Source: Gemmatimonadota bacterium (GTDB lineage Bacteria > JBHIER01 > G020348925). Taken from it: DNA of 64,000 bases. Each line of letters opens with the position of its first letter. Within the stretch, counting starts at the first letter, position 1. The notes under the pieces are model-generated. The model had not been told where the DNA came from, ran no database searches, and saw nothing but the letters and a program-made list of their open reading frames with translations. The DNA lies in the NCBI GenBank assembly GCA_020348925.1, contig CP070758.1, positions 4,461,775 through 4,525,774 of the forward strand, given 5' to 3'. A program made the translations under genes and the position numbers. Below, in pieces: positions 17,303 through 27,432 of this stretch.

Positions 17303-18154
17303 GTGACCGAAGTGGGAATATATCGAAGCAGCCCCAGAATTTATGAAAATGGAAAGGATCCGAGAAATGTCGCTGAAGGGTTGACAGATTTGGGGGTGGT
17401 GTACTTTGAATTGGGGAATTGCGATTTTGCCCTGGGGCATTTTGAGAGAGCGTTTCGTCTTGCCGAGAAGATCGGCTATGAAGCCGTTATGGCCAATGTT
17501 TTGAATAATCTGAGTGTGATCTCTGCCGTTCAGGGATATCTCGATAGGGCTGTCCTTCACGGGCAAGACTGTCTTGCCCGCTACGGAAAATTGCAGGATC
17601 GCTTTGGATTGGCTCAAGCGTACAACAATTTGGGCATGGTGTATTTGGAGAAACGAGCCAGCCAAAATGCTCTTGATTGTTTTGAAAAGGGTTTGCATGT
17701 TTCACACAGGTTGGAGAGCTGCGCTCTGGTCGCTACCATATATGTGAATAAGGCCGATTATAACCTGAGGAGGTCGGACTTTCGGGCGGCGTCTCATTTT
17801 TGTGAGTTGGCCTCCGGACTCTACCGGCAACTTGGAGATTACCGGGGGATAGCGGAAACGGAGAAAATTTTCGGACTTATTGCTTTTTCCAGCGGCGATC
17901 CTCAGAGGGCTCGGGCACTTTTGGAGCATGCTCTGGAACTGACGAAACGGCACGGAACCTATTATGCCCTTGCCGAGGTGTATCGAGAATTGGGTTCCTT
18001 CTATCGAAAGAAAGGCTATCGTCGCAAAGCGTACGCAGCTTTATCAACAGCGTTCAGCAGCTTTGAGCAGTTGGGCTCGAAAAAGAAGGCCGGTCAGATA
18101 AAAAGTGAGCTCTATCAGTTGCACAAATCGCGACGATTCAAAAAAGATGCTTGA
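17303..18154 (+). CDS. Tetratricopeptide (TPR) repeat protein
   Basis: It has multiple 34-aa TPR-like units (LGVVYFELGNCDFALGHFERAFRLAEKIGY, AYNNLGMVYLEKRASQNALDCFEKGL, and others). Its stop overlaps the next ORF. Confidence 0.75.
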   Translation: MTEVGIYRSSPRIYENGKDPRNVAEGLTDLGVVYFELGNCDFALGHFERAFRLAEKIGYEAVMANVLNNLSVISAVQGYLDRAVLHGQDCLARYGKLQDRFGLAQAYNNLGMVYLEKRASQNALDCFEKGLHVSHRLESCALVATIYVNKADYNLRRSDFRAASHFCELASGLYRQLGDYRGIAETEKIFGLIAFSSGDPQRARALLEHALELTKRHGTYYALAEVYRELGSFYRKKGYRRKAYAALSTAFSSFEQLGSKKKAGQIKSELYQLHKSRRFKKDA

Positions 18155-18174
18155 ACTTGTGGTGGAATCGTGTC

Positions 18175-21100
18175 ATGGATGAGACCTATCGCATTTTAGT
18201 TGTGGATGACGAAGAGATCATCGCTACAGCACTGGGAGATATCCTGACAGAGGAGGGATACTGGGTCGCACGTGTGGGGAGTGGAAGAGAAGCAATACAA
18301 CTGTTACAGAAAGAAAGTTTCGATGTTGTCGTTACAGATCTGATCATGGAGGAAGGAGACGGTCTTTTTGTTATCCGTACATTGAGTCATCTCTATCCAG
18401 AAACTATTGTCATCATTTTAACCGGCCATAGTTCTATTGATACGGCCGTTGAGGCAATACGAGCAGGTGCCTATGACTACTTGGTGAAGCCGTGTAACAA
18501 TGATTACCTGAAAGCGACCATCAGGAGAGGACTGGAGAAAAAAAGACTGAGTCAGCAGTTGCATACACGGACGCTCCAGTTGGAACAGTCGAGTACAGAA
18601 CTGGCACAGAAAACCGAACAGCTTTCAACACTTCATGAAATCTCCACCAATCTCCAAGGCGTTCACGATGTGAATGAGTTGCTGAATCACATCGCCGATG
18701 GTATACACGCACGTTTGGGTTTTCGAAAGATGCGGATCGGTTTACTCTCTGAGAACAATCGTTATCTCCGATGGCGAAAGGAGGTAGACACATCCGGCTC
18801 GGGTGGGGTGTCGCCGGACACGAAGGAGACTCCCGTTGAAGCCATCTGTGAAGTCATGTCCCGGTCGCAAAAGTTCGAACAATCGTATTATGTTCAAGCA
18901 TCGGATATTTCAAAATACGATTTTTCTCAGGGAACGTTATCGGCGGAAACGGATGCGGAAGTGATTTGTGATGGCTGGTGTTTTGATGGGGCTTTGCTCA
19001 TCCCTTTGTCCGCTGAGAGTGAGCATGAGATTCGTATGGGAATTCTGGTCATCGATGCTTCTCAAAACGGACATCCACCATCACCGGGAACCGTGAAGAT
19101 ATTGGAAACATTTGCTCATACGGCAAGTGCTGCTCTTGAGAGGGTGCAGCTCGAAAAAAGATTGAGACGAATATACGATTTAAGCAAGGAGATGACTCAT
19201 ACGGCCAGCGTGAATGAGATCATTTCAATTGTTGTTCAGGCTATGGCAAATATTCTCAGATTCGACCATTGTTCTGTAAGCCTACTCGATAAGAAACGGA
19301 GAGTATTGAAAACTGTGGCATGCCTCGGATTCCCGGAGAAGGAGCTTGGCCGAGAGTTTCCGATTGATGGGGACATCGGCATCTGTGCCTGGGTAGCTCG
19401 GACTGGGAGAACGGCCAATGTTTCTGATGTAAGAGAAGACCCGAGGTACGTGGTAGGAGCCCCTGCTTCAAAATCGGAATTGGCAGTCCCCGTCATCATG
19501 AAAAATAGGGTGTACGGGGTCTTGAATGTGGAAAGCGATCGAGTTGCAGCCTTTAGTGACACAGATGTAAGGCCTCTGGTCGCATTGGCATCTCAAACTG
19601 CTGTGGCAATGGAGCATACCCGTCTGGAGGAGAAACTTTCGGCTCTGTATGGGTTGAACCAGGAGATGTCTTTAGCCATGAGCTTGGACGATGTGTTGGA
19701 GATGGTTCTCGATGGGGCTCAAGAAATTTTGGAATTTGATCACTATGCCCTCATGTTTATCGACGATGAAAAAAATGAATTGTACGTAAAGAAATTTCGT
19801 GGTTTTCAGAAAAATATTGAATGCTTGCGGCTCCGTCTCAATGAAGGAAGGGGCATCACGACCATAGTAGCGAACACAGGTGAACCAATTTACGTTCCTG
19901 ATGTCACGCAGGACAGGCGGTATGTTCCGGGTTGGAGGGGAACACGGTCCGAATTGGCTGTTCCTCTTAAGATTCGAGAAAAAGTGATCGGTGTATTTAA
20001 TGTTGAAAGTTGCGAGAAAGCCGCTTTCGATGATAACGATTACAAATTATTTGTAACATTGTCCGCTCAAACCGCGGCGGCAATTGAAGACATAAAACTT
20101 CTCGAGGAAATACAACAGACGAAGAATTTCCTAAAAAATCTCGTGGACAGCTCGGTCGATGCCATCATCACTACGGATGTTCGAGGGAAGATCACTTTTT
20201 TTAGTAAGGGGGCCGAAAGCATTTTTGGTTATTCATCTCAGGAAGCTATTCAACAACCTGTCTCCAAATACTTTGTCCATGGAAAAAGCGAAGCCAAAAA
20301 TATTATGGCGATGCTCTATGATAACGGAAAAATTCAAAATTTAGAAACTGAATTTTATACAAAGGATGGTCGTATTCTATCTGTTAGCTTGTCGGCGGCT
20401 CTTTTAAAAAATGAACAGGGAGAGATGGTCGGAACTGTGGGGATCAGCAAAGACATCACGGAAGTAAAGAAATTAGAGAAAAACATGAAAGAGACGAAAA
20501 ATTATTTGGAAAACCTGATCGAACACTCTCAAGATGCCCTCTATGCCATTGATTTGGACGGCAATATTACAATGTGGAATAGTGGAGCCGAGTATCTGTA
20601 CGGATATACAAAGGAGGAGGTTCTGGGTACGTGTGGTGACGATCTCCTCGATCCGAAAGATCATAAGCGAAAGACGAATGATATCATTGAGAAAGTGAGG
20701 GCTTTCGGTCGGTTGGTTGATGAGGAGGTTTTTCGAGTTCGTAAAGATGGAAAAGCGATCCCAGTGACCGCAACATTTTCACCGATCCTTGACGCCGAAG
20801 GAGCCATCACAGGCATTTCGGTCATCGATAAAGATCTCTCTCTGCGGAAACGTTTGGAAACGGCTCTCCGTAAGAGCAATGCGAGATTGAAGGATTTATC
20901 CCTGACCGATGATCTCACGCTCCTGTACAACCGTCGCTACCTCAATCAGAAACTGGAAGAAGAAATAAAACGATCGAAGAGATTTGACCGCCCGTTGGCC
21001 TTCGTAATGATCGATATCGATCATTTTAAAAATTACAATGATTCATACGGGCATCCGAAGGGGGATGAGATCCTAAAGGAATTGGCGAGAATCATTGTCG

Positions 21101-21459
21101 ACAATTGTCGCGACGTCGATTTGGTCGCCCGATACGGTGGTGAAGAATTTAGTATTCTCCTTCCCGAAACGACACCTCTCGAGGCGTTTCAACAAGCAGA
21201 AAGGATTCGCACCTTAATTGAAGATCACAATTTTGAGGGGGAGGAGTTGCAACCGGATGGTCGACTCACGGTCAGTCTTGGTATCGCCATATATCCGAAT
21301 GATGCAAAGACGAAACATGAGATTGTTGAATTTGCTGATCGCGCTCTTTACTGGGCCAAGGAGTCAGGACGAAACCGAGTCAAACACTTTTCGCACTTAG
21401 AGTGTGCGACTGCACAATTTCACTCAATCGGCCAATCAGCGTGCGGGAATGAATCCTGA
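18175..21459 (+). CDS. Response regulator receiver - GAF x2-3 - PAS x2 - GGDEF diguanylate cyclase
   Basis: The REC domain is intact (VVDDEE, VVTDLIM, YLVKP). GAF-like blocks (ELAVPV..VYGVLNVES) and PAS blocks follow. The GGDEF domain has an intact RYGGEEF motif and an I-site RDVD five residues upstream. ORF 18151 begins with TTG; ATG 18175 is more likely. Confidence 0.9.
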   Translation: MDETYRILVVDDEEIIATALGDILTEEGYWVARVGSGREAIQLLQKESFDVVVTDLIMEEGDGLFVIRTLSHLYPETIVIILTGHSSIDTAVEAIRAGAYDYLVKPCNNDYLKATIRRGLEKKRLSQQLHTRTLQLEQSSTELAQKTEQLSTLHEISTNLQGVHDVNELLNHIADGIHARLGFRKMRIGLLSENNRYLRWRKEVDTSGSGGVSPDTKETPVEAICEVMSRSQKFEQSYYVQASDISKYDFSQGTLSAETDAEVICDGWCFDGALLIPLSAESEHEIRMGILVIDASQNGHPPSPGTVKILETFAHTASAALERVQLEKRLRRIYDLSKEMTHTASVNEIISIVVQAMANILRFDHCSVSLLDKKRRVLKTVACLGFPEKELGREFPIDGDIGICAWVARTGRTANVSDVREDPRYVVGAPASKSELAVPVIMKNRVYGVLNVESDRVAAFSDTDVRPLVALASQTAVAMEHTRLEEKLSALYGLNQEMSLAMSLDDVLEMVLDGAQEILEFDHYALMFIDDEKNELYVKKFRGFQKNIECLRLRLNEGRGITTIVANTGEPIYVPDVTQDRRYVPGWRGTRSELAVPLKIREKVIGVFNVESCEKAAFDDNDYKLFVTLSAQTAAAIEDIKLLEEIQQTKNFLKNLVDSSVDAIITTDVRGKITFFSKGAESIFGYSSQEAIQQPVSKYFVHGKSEAKNIMAMLYDNGKIQNLETEFYTKDGRILSVSLSAALLKNEQGEMVGTVGISKDITEVKKLEKNMKETKNYLENLIEHSQDALYAIDLDGNITMWNSGAEYLYGYTKEEVLGTCGDDLLDPKDHKRKTNDIIEKVRAFGRLVDEEVFRVRKDGKAIPVTATFSPILDAEGAITGISVIDKDLSLRKRLETALRKSNARLKDLSLTDDLTLLYNRRYLNQKLEEEIKRSKRFDRPLAFVMIDIDHFKNYNDSYGHPKGDEILKELARIIVDNCRDVDLVARYGGEEFSILLPETTPLEAFQQAERIRTLIEDHNFEGEELQPDGRLTVSLGIAIYPNDAKTKHEIVEFADRALYWAKESGRNRVKHFSHLECATAQFHSIGQSACGNES

Positions 21460-21556
21460 GAACTTTTAACCGACACTGCTGATTGTTGTTGAAATATTTG
21501 AAATCTCAGTTTTCAGCAAATCGTTGAAAAACGGAGACCGGGAAAGGAAGAAGAGA

Positions 21557-22579
21557 ATGATAGCACATCAAGCGAGAATACTTATTGTCGACGATGATGA
21601 AGTCATTCGAGATCTCCTCTCGCAGCGATTGCAGGAAGAAGGATATATGTGTGAAGTGGCCGATAATGGCTCAACTGCACTGGCGCATATTGAACTCGAT
21701 TCATTTCATGTTATGTTGGCTGATATTCGAATGCCTCAAATGGATGGTTACGAGCTCTTAACAGCTGCAAGGGACATCGATCCAGACATGCAGGTCATCA
21801 TGGTGACTGGTATCCGTGAAACGACCGAAGCTGTTAAGGCTATGAAATTAGGAGCATATGATTACGTCATGAAACCATTCGACCTGGAAGATGTGGTTCA
21901 TGGGGTAAGAAGAGCTCTGGAAAAACAGGAATTGAAATTTCAGAATAGACTGTATCACAAGAATTTGGAAAACAGAGTGCGTGAAGCCACGAAAGAGCTT
22001 ATTGAAAAAAACAGACAGATTCAAATTCTTCTCTTCAATACGATTACGTCTTTTGTGAATGTTTTGGAAGCGAAAGACAAATATACTGAGGGTCATTCAA
22101 AGCGTGTTGCGGAAAGTGCTGTTAAGGTCGCTCGAACCTGTACCCTTACTCGTTCTGAAATTGAAAACATGAGATTGGCCGGACTGTTGCATGATATTGG
22201 TAAAGTGGGCATACGGGAAAAAACCCTTCAGAAGCCAGGCGCATTAACCGCTGAGGAATATGATGAAGTGAAGCAACATCCACTCATTGCAGAGCGAATC
22301 CTCGAACCAATCGAAGAACTCCACATGGTCTTGCGGGATATTAAGCATCATCATGAAAGATATGATGGCATGGGATACCCGGCAGGCTTGCGGGGCGAAG
22401 AAATCCCTTTTGGGGCAAGAATTTTGGCTTTGTCTGACACCTATGATGCAATGACTTCAGAGAGACCCTACCGATCGGCGTTCAGTCATGAGCAGGCATT
22501 GAAGGAGATTGAGATGAACGCAGGGAAGCAGTTCGATCCTGAATTGGTTGCTCAATTTCTCATGCTTTACTCTTACTGA
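21557..22579 (+). CDS. Response regulator receiver - HD-GYP c-di-GMP phosphodiesterase (RpfG family)
   Basis: The REC domain reads ILIVDDDE, MLADIRMPQMDG, YVMKP. The HD-GYP domain reads GLLHDIGKV and HHERYDGMGYP. The ORF track starts at TTG 21524; ATG 21557 with a purine-rich RBS is more likely. Confidence 0.9.
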   Translation: MIAHQARILIVDDDEVIRDLLSQRLQEEGYMCEVADNGSTALAHIELDSFHVMLADIRMPQMDGYELLTAARDIDPDMQVIMVTGIRETTEAVKAMKLGAYDYVMKPFDLEDVVHGVRRALEKQELKFQNRLYHKNLENRVREATKELIEKNRQIQILLFNTITSFVNVLEAKDKYTEGHSKRVAESAVKVARTCTLTRSEIENMRLAGLLHDIGKVGIREKTLQKPGALTAEEYDEVKQHPLIAERILEPIEELHMVLRDIKHHHERYDGMGYPAGLRGEEIPFGARILALSDTYDAMTSERPYRSAFSHEQALKEIEMNAGKQFDPELVAQFLMLYSY

Positions 22580-22891
22580 AGAATACGTCTCTATACGATC
22601 AGCGTTGCGCGGAACGCTGCAGCCACCATATTCCTTTCTCAAAGCAAGATGTGACGAATGAGGGAGATGCCTCACTTCGCTCGGAACAATTTCATTGTGG
22701 GCATGAGAATACCTCGCAAGAGCTCTCATTGACAGGCAAGTAGAATGATGTTTCGTCATTCAACCTGTCTCGGGCTCGCCTCCGGGCTTTGCAATGAGAG
22801 ACAAGAGGATCAGAGTGCTTCCCAAACTTTATCCCGTATGTGTTGCGGGACTGGCACTGACGGTCAATGAAGAGAACGGAGAGATGGCGGT

Positions 22892-25858
22892 TTAATATTC
22901 TTGATGTGGGTTGTCGAGACTTTTTTGAATGGTTCGTTTCAATGTATCAATATCGAAAGGTTTTTCAATGTGGGGAATTCCCGTCTTGTCGAAAAAATCT
23001 CGCAGATCAGGACTGATGGCATATCCAGTGATGAAGAGTATTCGCTTGGCCTGTTCGGGATATGATGCCACAATTCTATTATACAGTTGCCGCCCATCAA
23101 TACCTGGCATCTTTACGTCGGTGAGAATGAGATCGTAATCGGTTTTATTCATAAGTTTGAGCGCAATATGTCCACTCACTGCTGTATCAACACGATATCC
23201 CAGGCCGGTTAAAATATCAAACATCAAATCGAGGACGACCTGCTCGTCATCGACAACTAAAATATTTGCTCCAAAGGAGGATGGGACCTCTTGTATATCG
23301 GCGACCCTGGATTCGGTTACAGACTCTTCCACAACAGGAAACTCGATAACGAAGGTTGCTCCCTCGCCATACTTGCTGGTTGCGTATATGCTTCCTTCGT
23401 GTTCCTTTACAAATCCGTAGGAAAGGCTGAGTCCCAATCCGGTTCCCTGACCTACACCTTTTGTGGTGAAAAATGGGTCAAAGATACGTTTCAGATTTTC
23501 CGGGGGAATACCAGGACCTGTGTCGCTGAACTTTATACGAATGGTCTCTTTGGAGCTTTCAGTTTGTATGATTAATTGCCGATGTTCTTTCACCTTTAAC
23601 AGCGCCTGATGGGCATTCGTGATAATATTCAGGAAAACTTGCTCCAACTGGTGAGGATCAGCCATTGTTTTCGGCAAGTGTTCATCGAGTTTCGTAATAA
23701 CTTCCACTGCATCAACATGCAACTGATATGCTCTCAGATTCAAGGCGCTTTCAATGACCACATTGACATTCAGATAGGTCCTCTGAGGTTTCTGGCGTCG
23801 GGCAAAACTGAGCAAATTGTTGACTATCTTCTGACACCGCGTGGCTTCCTTGTGTATTTTTTCGACATCGCGTTTCACTTGAGGAGCGCAATCGGAGACC
23901 AAAAGTAACTGGGAAAAACCGAGAACTCCGGTCAACGGATTGTTCAATTCATGGGCTATGCCGGAGATGAATTCCCCCAGAGCTGAGAGTTTCTCAGCTT
24001 GAGCAAGTTGTTCCCGAAGTTTTTTTTCTTCTTTTTCAAATATTCTTCTTTCGGAGATATTCTTCCCGATACCCAGTGTCCCTATGACGTTTCCATTTTC
24101 ATCGCAGACTGATGAAATTGATAAGGAAATTGGAATGGGAGAATTATCCTTTGCAAGAACATCAGTTTCATAATTTTGAATGTGGTTTCTTTCTCTCAAC
24201 TGGAAACCGATTTTTTCAGCCTCTTCTTTCCCTCCGACCAGGTAATCAAAAATGTTTCGTCCTGTAATTTCATCTGCAGAGTAGCCGAGAATCCGTTCAG
24301 CACCTTTACTGAAAAAGGTGATTACACCTCTCCTGTCGGTACTCACAATGGCGTCGGGAGTACTATCCACAAGGTTTTCAAGATATCGTTTGGTTCGATC
24401 GATTTCTCCCATAAGATTCGTGATTTCAATGGACGATGCTGCCTGAGAGGCCAAAGCTTCAAGCAGAGCAACATCTTTATTGTCGAATGCATTGAGCATA
24501 CTGCTCTCAACGTTCAGAACTCCGATAACTTTGTCCTTTATTTTCATAGGTACGGCCAGTTCCGATAATGTGCCGGGTCGCCCTTCGAGGTAATGGGGAT
24601 TTTTCCGAACGTCAGGAACTAAAATGGGTTTTCCGGTTCGTATTGCTTGAACAGTGATGCCGATATCTCCATGAACTTGTAATCGGCGTGATTCCACCTC
24701 TTGTGGGTACCCGATGTGGGATACAATACTCGTCATCTTCGTCTTTTCATCGATCAGAATAATGGCAATATTGTCAAAATGGAGTACTTTTGTTGCCGTT
24801 TCAAGAACAGCTGAATAAATTTGATTGTGATCCAGGGCTAAGGTTGCATCCCGGCTGACGTTATAAATGGCAGCCAATTTTTCCTCAAGCCTTGCTCGAT
24901 CAATGGCTGCGCTCGCAGTATTCGCAAATGTCTCGAAGGTTTGAATTGTTGCCGAAGAAGGAATTCTCCCGTCAGTTGGATTCCCGACGGATATGATGCC
25001 TATGAGTTCCTTTCTCTCCGACATCAAGGGAGTGTAAAGTGCATCGCCGAAATACCACTCTGTACCCTCATCCCCAGCAGTGAGATCATTTGAGGGGCGT
25101 CCATAGTGTGCCGTAGTTTCGTCGTGTTCAGAATAGCGAATGTAATATGAGCGGCTTATCCTGTATTTTTCTTTAAAAAGATTTCCGATTTCATTGAGTG
25201 GAACTTTTTGGGATTTGAGTTTTTCAAGTTCATCCTCGGGGACACCCACCGCGGATTTTACTTCCAGTATTCTTTCATTTTTATTGACGAACCTGATGAG
25301 GACTCTCTCGAAACCTAAACTGTCCTTGATGCCGTGTAAGATTTGAAACAGCAAATCGTCCAATTTCGTAAATTTTTGAAAGTTATCAAAAATATCATAA
25401 ATGACAGAAAGCTGCTCCATTCGCTCGGCAAGTTGTGTGTTGGCTCTTTCGAGTTCAAAAGTCTTTCTTTTGAGTTCGGTCTCGAGCAGCTTCTTGTCCA
25501 GTCCTCGCCGGACGGCCATTTTCAGCTGATGGGGAGGGTATGGTTTGACAAGATAATCGTATGCCCCTTTCCGCATGGCTTCGAGGGCTGAGTCAAGAGA
25601 GGCGTAACCGGTAACAATCACGGCGATGAATTCAGTAAGAGTCTCTCTAATTTTTTCGATCACATCGAGGTCATGTATGCTCTCCGGCAACACATTCATG
25701 AGGACGAGATCGAAGGATTCTTTCTCGAAACACTGTAATGCAGAGCGACCATTGGAAACAGCGGTCACATCGTATCCCTCACCATCCAATATGTCTTTTA
25801 TTGTTGTGGCCTCAGTCCGCTCATTGTCAATGATTAAAATTCTTTCTGGATGTCCCAT
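22892..25858 (-). CDS. Cytoplasmic hybrid sensor histidine kinase: pseudo-REC - GAF - GAF - PAS - HisKA - HATPase_c - REC
   Basis: H-box SGIAHELNNPL, G-boxes DTGPGI and GQGTGLGLS, and a C-terminal REC (ILVVDDEQ, ILTDVKMPGIDG). The N-terminal REC has Asn where the phospho-acceptor Asp is expected (LVLMNVLPE). Confidence 0.9.
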   Translation of the reverse strand: MGHPERILIIDNERTEATTIKDILDGEGYDVTAVSNGRSALQCFEKESFDLVLMNVLPESIHDLDVIEKIRETLTEFIAVIVTGYASLDSALEAMRKGAYDYLVKPYPPHQLKMAVRRGLDKKLLETELKRKTFELERANTQLAERMEQLSVIYDIFDNFQKFTKLDDLLFQILHGIKDSLGFERVLIRFVNKNERILEVKSAVGVPEDELEKLKSQKVPLNEIGNLFKEKYRISRSYYIRYSEHDETTAHYGRPSNDLTAGDEGTEWYFGDALYTPLMSERKELIGIISVGNPTDGRIPSSATIQTFETFANTASAAIDRARLEEKLAAIYNVSRDATLALDHNQIYSAVLETATKVLHFDNIAIILIDEKTKMTSIVSHIGYPQEVESRRLQVHGDIGITVQAIRTGKPILVPDVRKNPHYLEGRPGTLSELAVPMKIKDKVIGVLNVESSMLNAFDNKDVALLEALASQAASSIEITNLMGEIDRTKRYLENLVDSTPDAIVSTDRRGVITFFSKGAERILGYSADEITGRNIFDYLVGGKEEAEKIGFQLRERNHIQNYETDVLAKDNSPIPISLSISSVCDENGNVIGTLGIGKNISERRIFEKEEKKLREQLAQAEKLSALGEFISGIAHELNNPLTGVLGFSQLLLVSDCAPQVKRDVEKIHKEATRCQKIVNNLLSFARRQKPQRTYLNVNVVIESALNLRAYQLHVDAVEVITKLDEHLPKTMADPHQLEQVFLNIITNAHQALLKVKEHRQLIIQTESSKETIRIKFSDTGPGIPPENLKRIFDPFFTTKGVGQGTGLGLSLSYGFVKEHEGSIYATSKYGEGATFVIEFPVVEESVTESRVADIQEVPSSFGANILVVDDEQVVLDLMFDILTGLGYRVDTAVSGHIALKLMNKTDYDLILTDVKMPGIDGRQLYNRIVASYPEQAKRILFITGYAISPDLRDFFDKTGIPHIEKPFDIDTLKRTIQKSLDNPHQEY

Positions 25859-25902
25859 GGAAGCACCTAAGTCCTGCGCTTTTTTACAGTATTGTAGCGT
25901 TC

Positions 25903-27420
25903 CTATCCCTTTGTGTTGTGTTCACCCTCCACACCAATAGGCAACAGAATCGAAAAGGTCGTCCCGGTACCCAATTCGCTCTGGACGTCTATTGTTCCCC
26001 CATGTTTTTGAACAATACCGTAACTGATAGAAAGACCTAACCCGACACCTTTCACTTCATGCTTCGTTGTAAAGAAAGGTTCAAAAATGTGTTCAAGAAC
26101 GCTCGGCTCAATACCTGTTCCGTCGTCAGCGATGTCGATTCGAACCTGTTTGTCTTCCTGGCTCGTAGAAGTTCGCAAATTCCCACCCTGGGGCATCGCT
26201 TCTCTCGCATTTATGATGATATTGTAAAACACCTGCTTCAACTGATTCTCAGCATATTGAACCTTGGGGAGACAGGGATCGAGATCTTGTGAAATACGAA
26301 CGTGAGACTTCAGTAATCTTTTTTCTTCAAGTATGAGTATTTCGGAAAGGAGCTTATTGATATCGATAGAACGAAACGGTTCATCAATCGGACGATAGAA
26401 ATCAATCATTTGTCGAACGAGCGTTGCGACTCGTGCAATCTCTCTGCGGGCCAGTTCCAGATACTGGTGTTTGGGATTCTTCTCAGGAAATTCTTCAGAG
26501 AGGAGATCAATACAACTATGAATGCCGTATATGGGATTGCTGACCTCGTGAGCAATGCTCGCAGCCAATTTTGCCGTTGCTGCTAATTTTTCAGACTGGA
26601 AGAGTCTCTGTTGTAACTGTCTCATCTCCCTCAAATCCCTGCTGATTCCTACTGAACCGATGGGTTGATCATTTTCTCCCTTCAACAAAGACAGGGATAG
26701 GCTGATGGGAATTGATTCACCCTTCTTGTTGAGAATGTTCGTTTCATAGTGACTGAGCCTTCCCCTGTCCTCAAGAATTCTCAGAATGTGTTCCACATCC
26801 TGTGTATTGGCATAAAAAGACATTATCGGTTTTCCCAGAGCTTCTTTCGATTCATACCCGGTGAGCTTTTCAGCTGCTTCATTGAAAGTGACCACATTTC
26901 CGTTTGTATCGCTGACCGTGATCGCATCGGGGGAGCTTTCGATGACTCGATCGAGAAAAACTGGGACCGTTACGTCCATCACGTTCAGCATCTCTCCCGC
27001 AGTGTTTTCCAGATGGACCATCTGTATGAATGGCGTGTGTGACTCAATTGACCTTTGATTCGCTGGGTCGTTAAGAGTTTTCCCCTGACGGCCGGGATGT
27101 TCACTATAAGCAGCAACTCTGTGCTCTTTATCCAGAATGATGACATACTCGATATCATCTTCCTCAATGGCCCTGCCGACGATTTGATGTAAGGCTATAT
27201 AATTATAAGATAATAAGAAACTTGTACTGGCAGTGGCAATACTCTTGGCGATGGCAATCCCTCTTTTTTGCGTTTGCCCTGAGAGGGTGCTCGTCTGTCT
27301 TTGTTCGATGGCCAAAACTACGAGTCCCATGAGAATGACTATTCCTAAGGTCGAACCAATATGAAATTTTGAACGAAGTGAAGAGTATTGAAGATTCATC
27401 GTATCGATCCCTGCACACAT
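25903..27420 (-). CDS. Membrane-anchored PAS sensor histidine kinase
   Basis: One N-terminal TM helix, a PAS block (SPDAITVSDTNGNVVTFNEAAEKLTGY), H-box ASIAHEVSNPI, and G-boxes DDGTGI and GVGLGLSISYGIV. Confidence 0.9.
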   Translation of the reverse strand: MCAGIDTMNLQYSSLRSKFHIGSTLGIVILMGLVVLAIEQRQTSTLSGQTQKRGIAIAKSIATASTSFLLSYNYIALHQIVGRAIEEDDIEYVIILDKEHRVAAYSEHPGRQGKTLNDPANQRSIESHTPFIQMVHLENTAGEMLNVMDVTVPVFLDRVIESSPDAITVSDTNGNVVTFNEAAEKLTGYESKEALGKPIMSFYANTQDVEHILRILEDRGRLSHYETNILNKKGESIPISLSLSLLKGENDQPIGSVGISRDLREMRQLQQRLFQSEKLAATAKLAASIAHEVSNPIYGIHSCIDLLSEEFPEKNPKHQYLELARREIARVATLVRQMIDFYRPIDEPFRSIDINKLLSEILILEEKRLLKSHVRISQDLDPCLPKVQYAENQLKQVFYNIIINAREAMPQGGNLRTSTSQEDKQVRIDIADDGTGIEPSVLEHIFEPFFTTKHEVKGVGLGLSISYGIVQKHGGTIDVQSELGTGTTFSILLPIGVEGEHNTKG

Positions 27421-27432
27421 GAATGGAGCGAT

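Noticed and set aside
22600-22619. The hairpin CAGCGTT-gcgcgg-AACGCTG after the HD-GYP gene as an intrinsic terminator
   Set aside because: The stem is only 7 bp and there is no downstream T-run. It may still help end the convergent transcripts, but I cannot support a terminator call.
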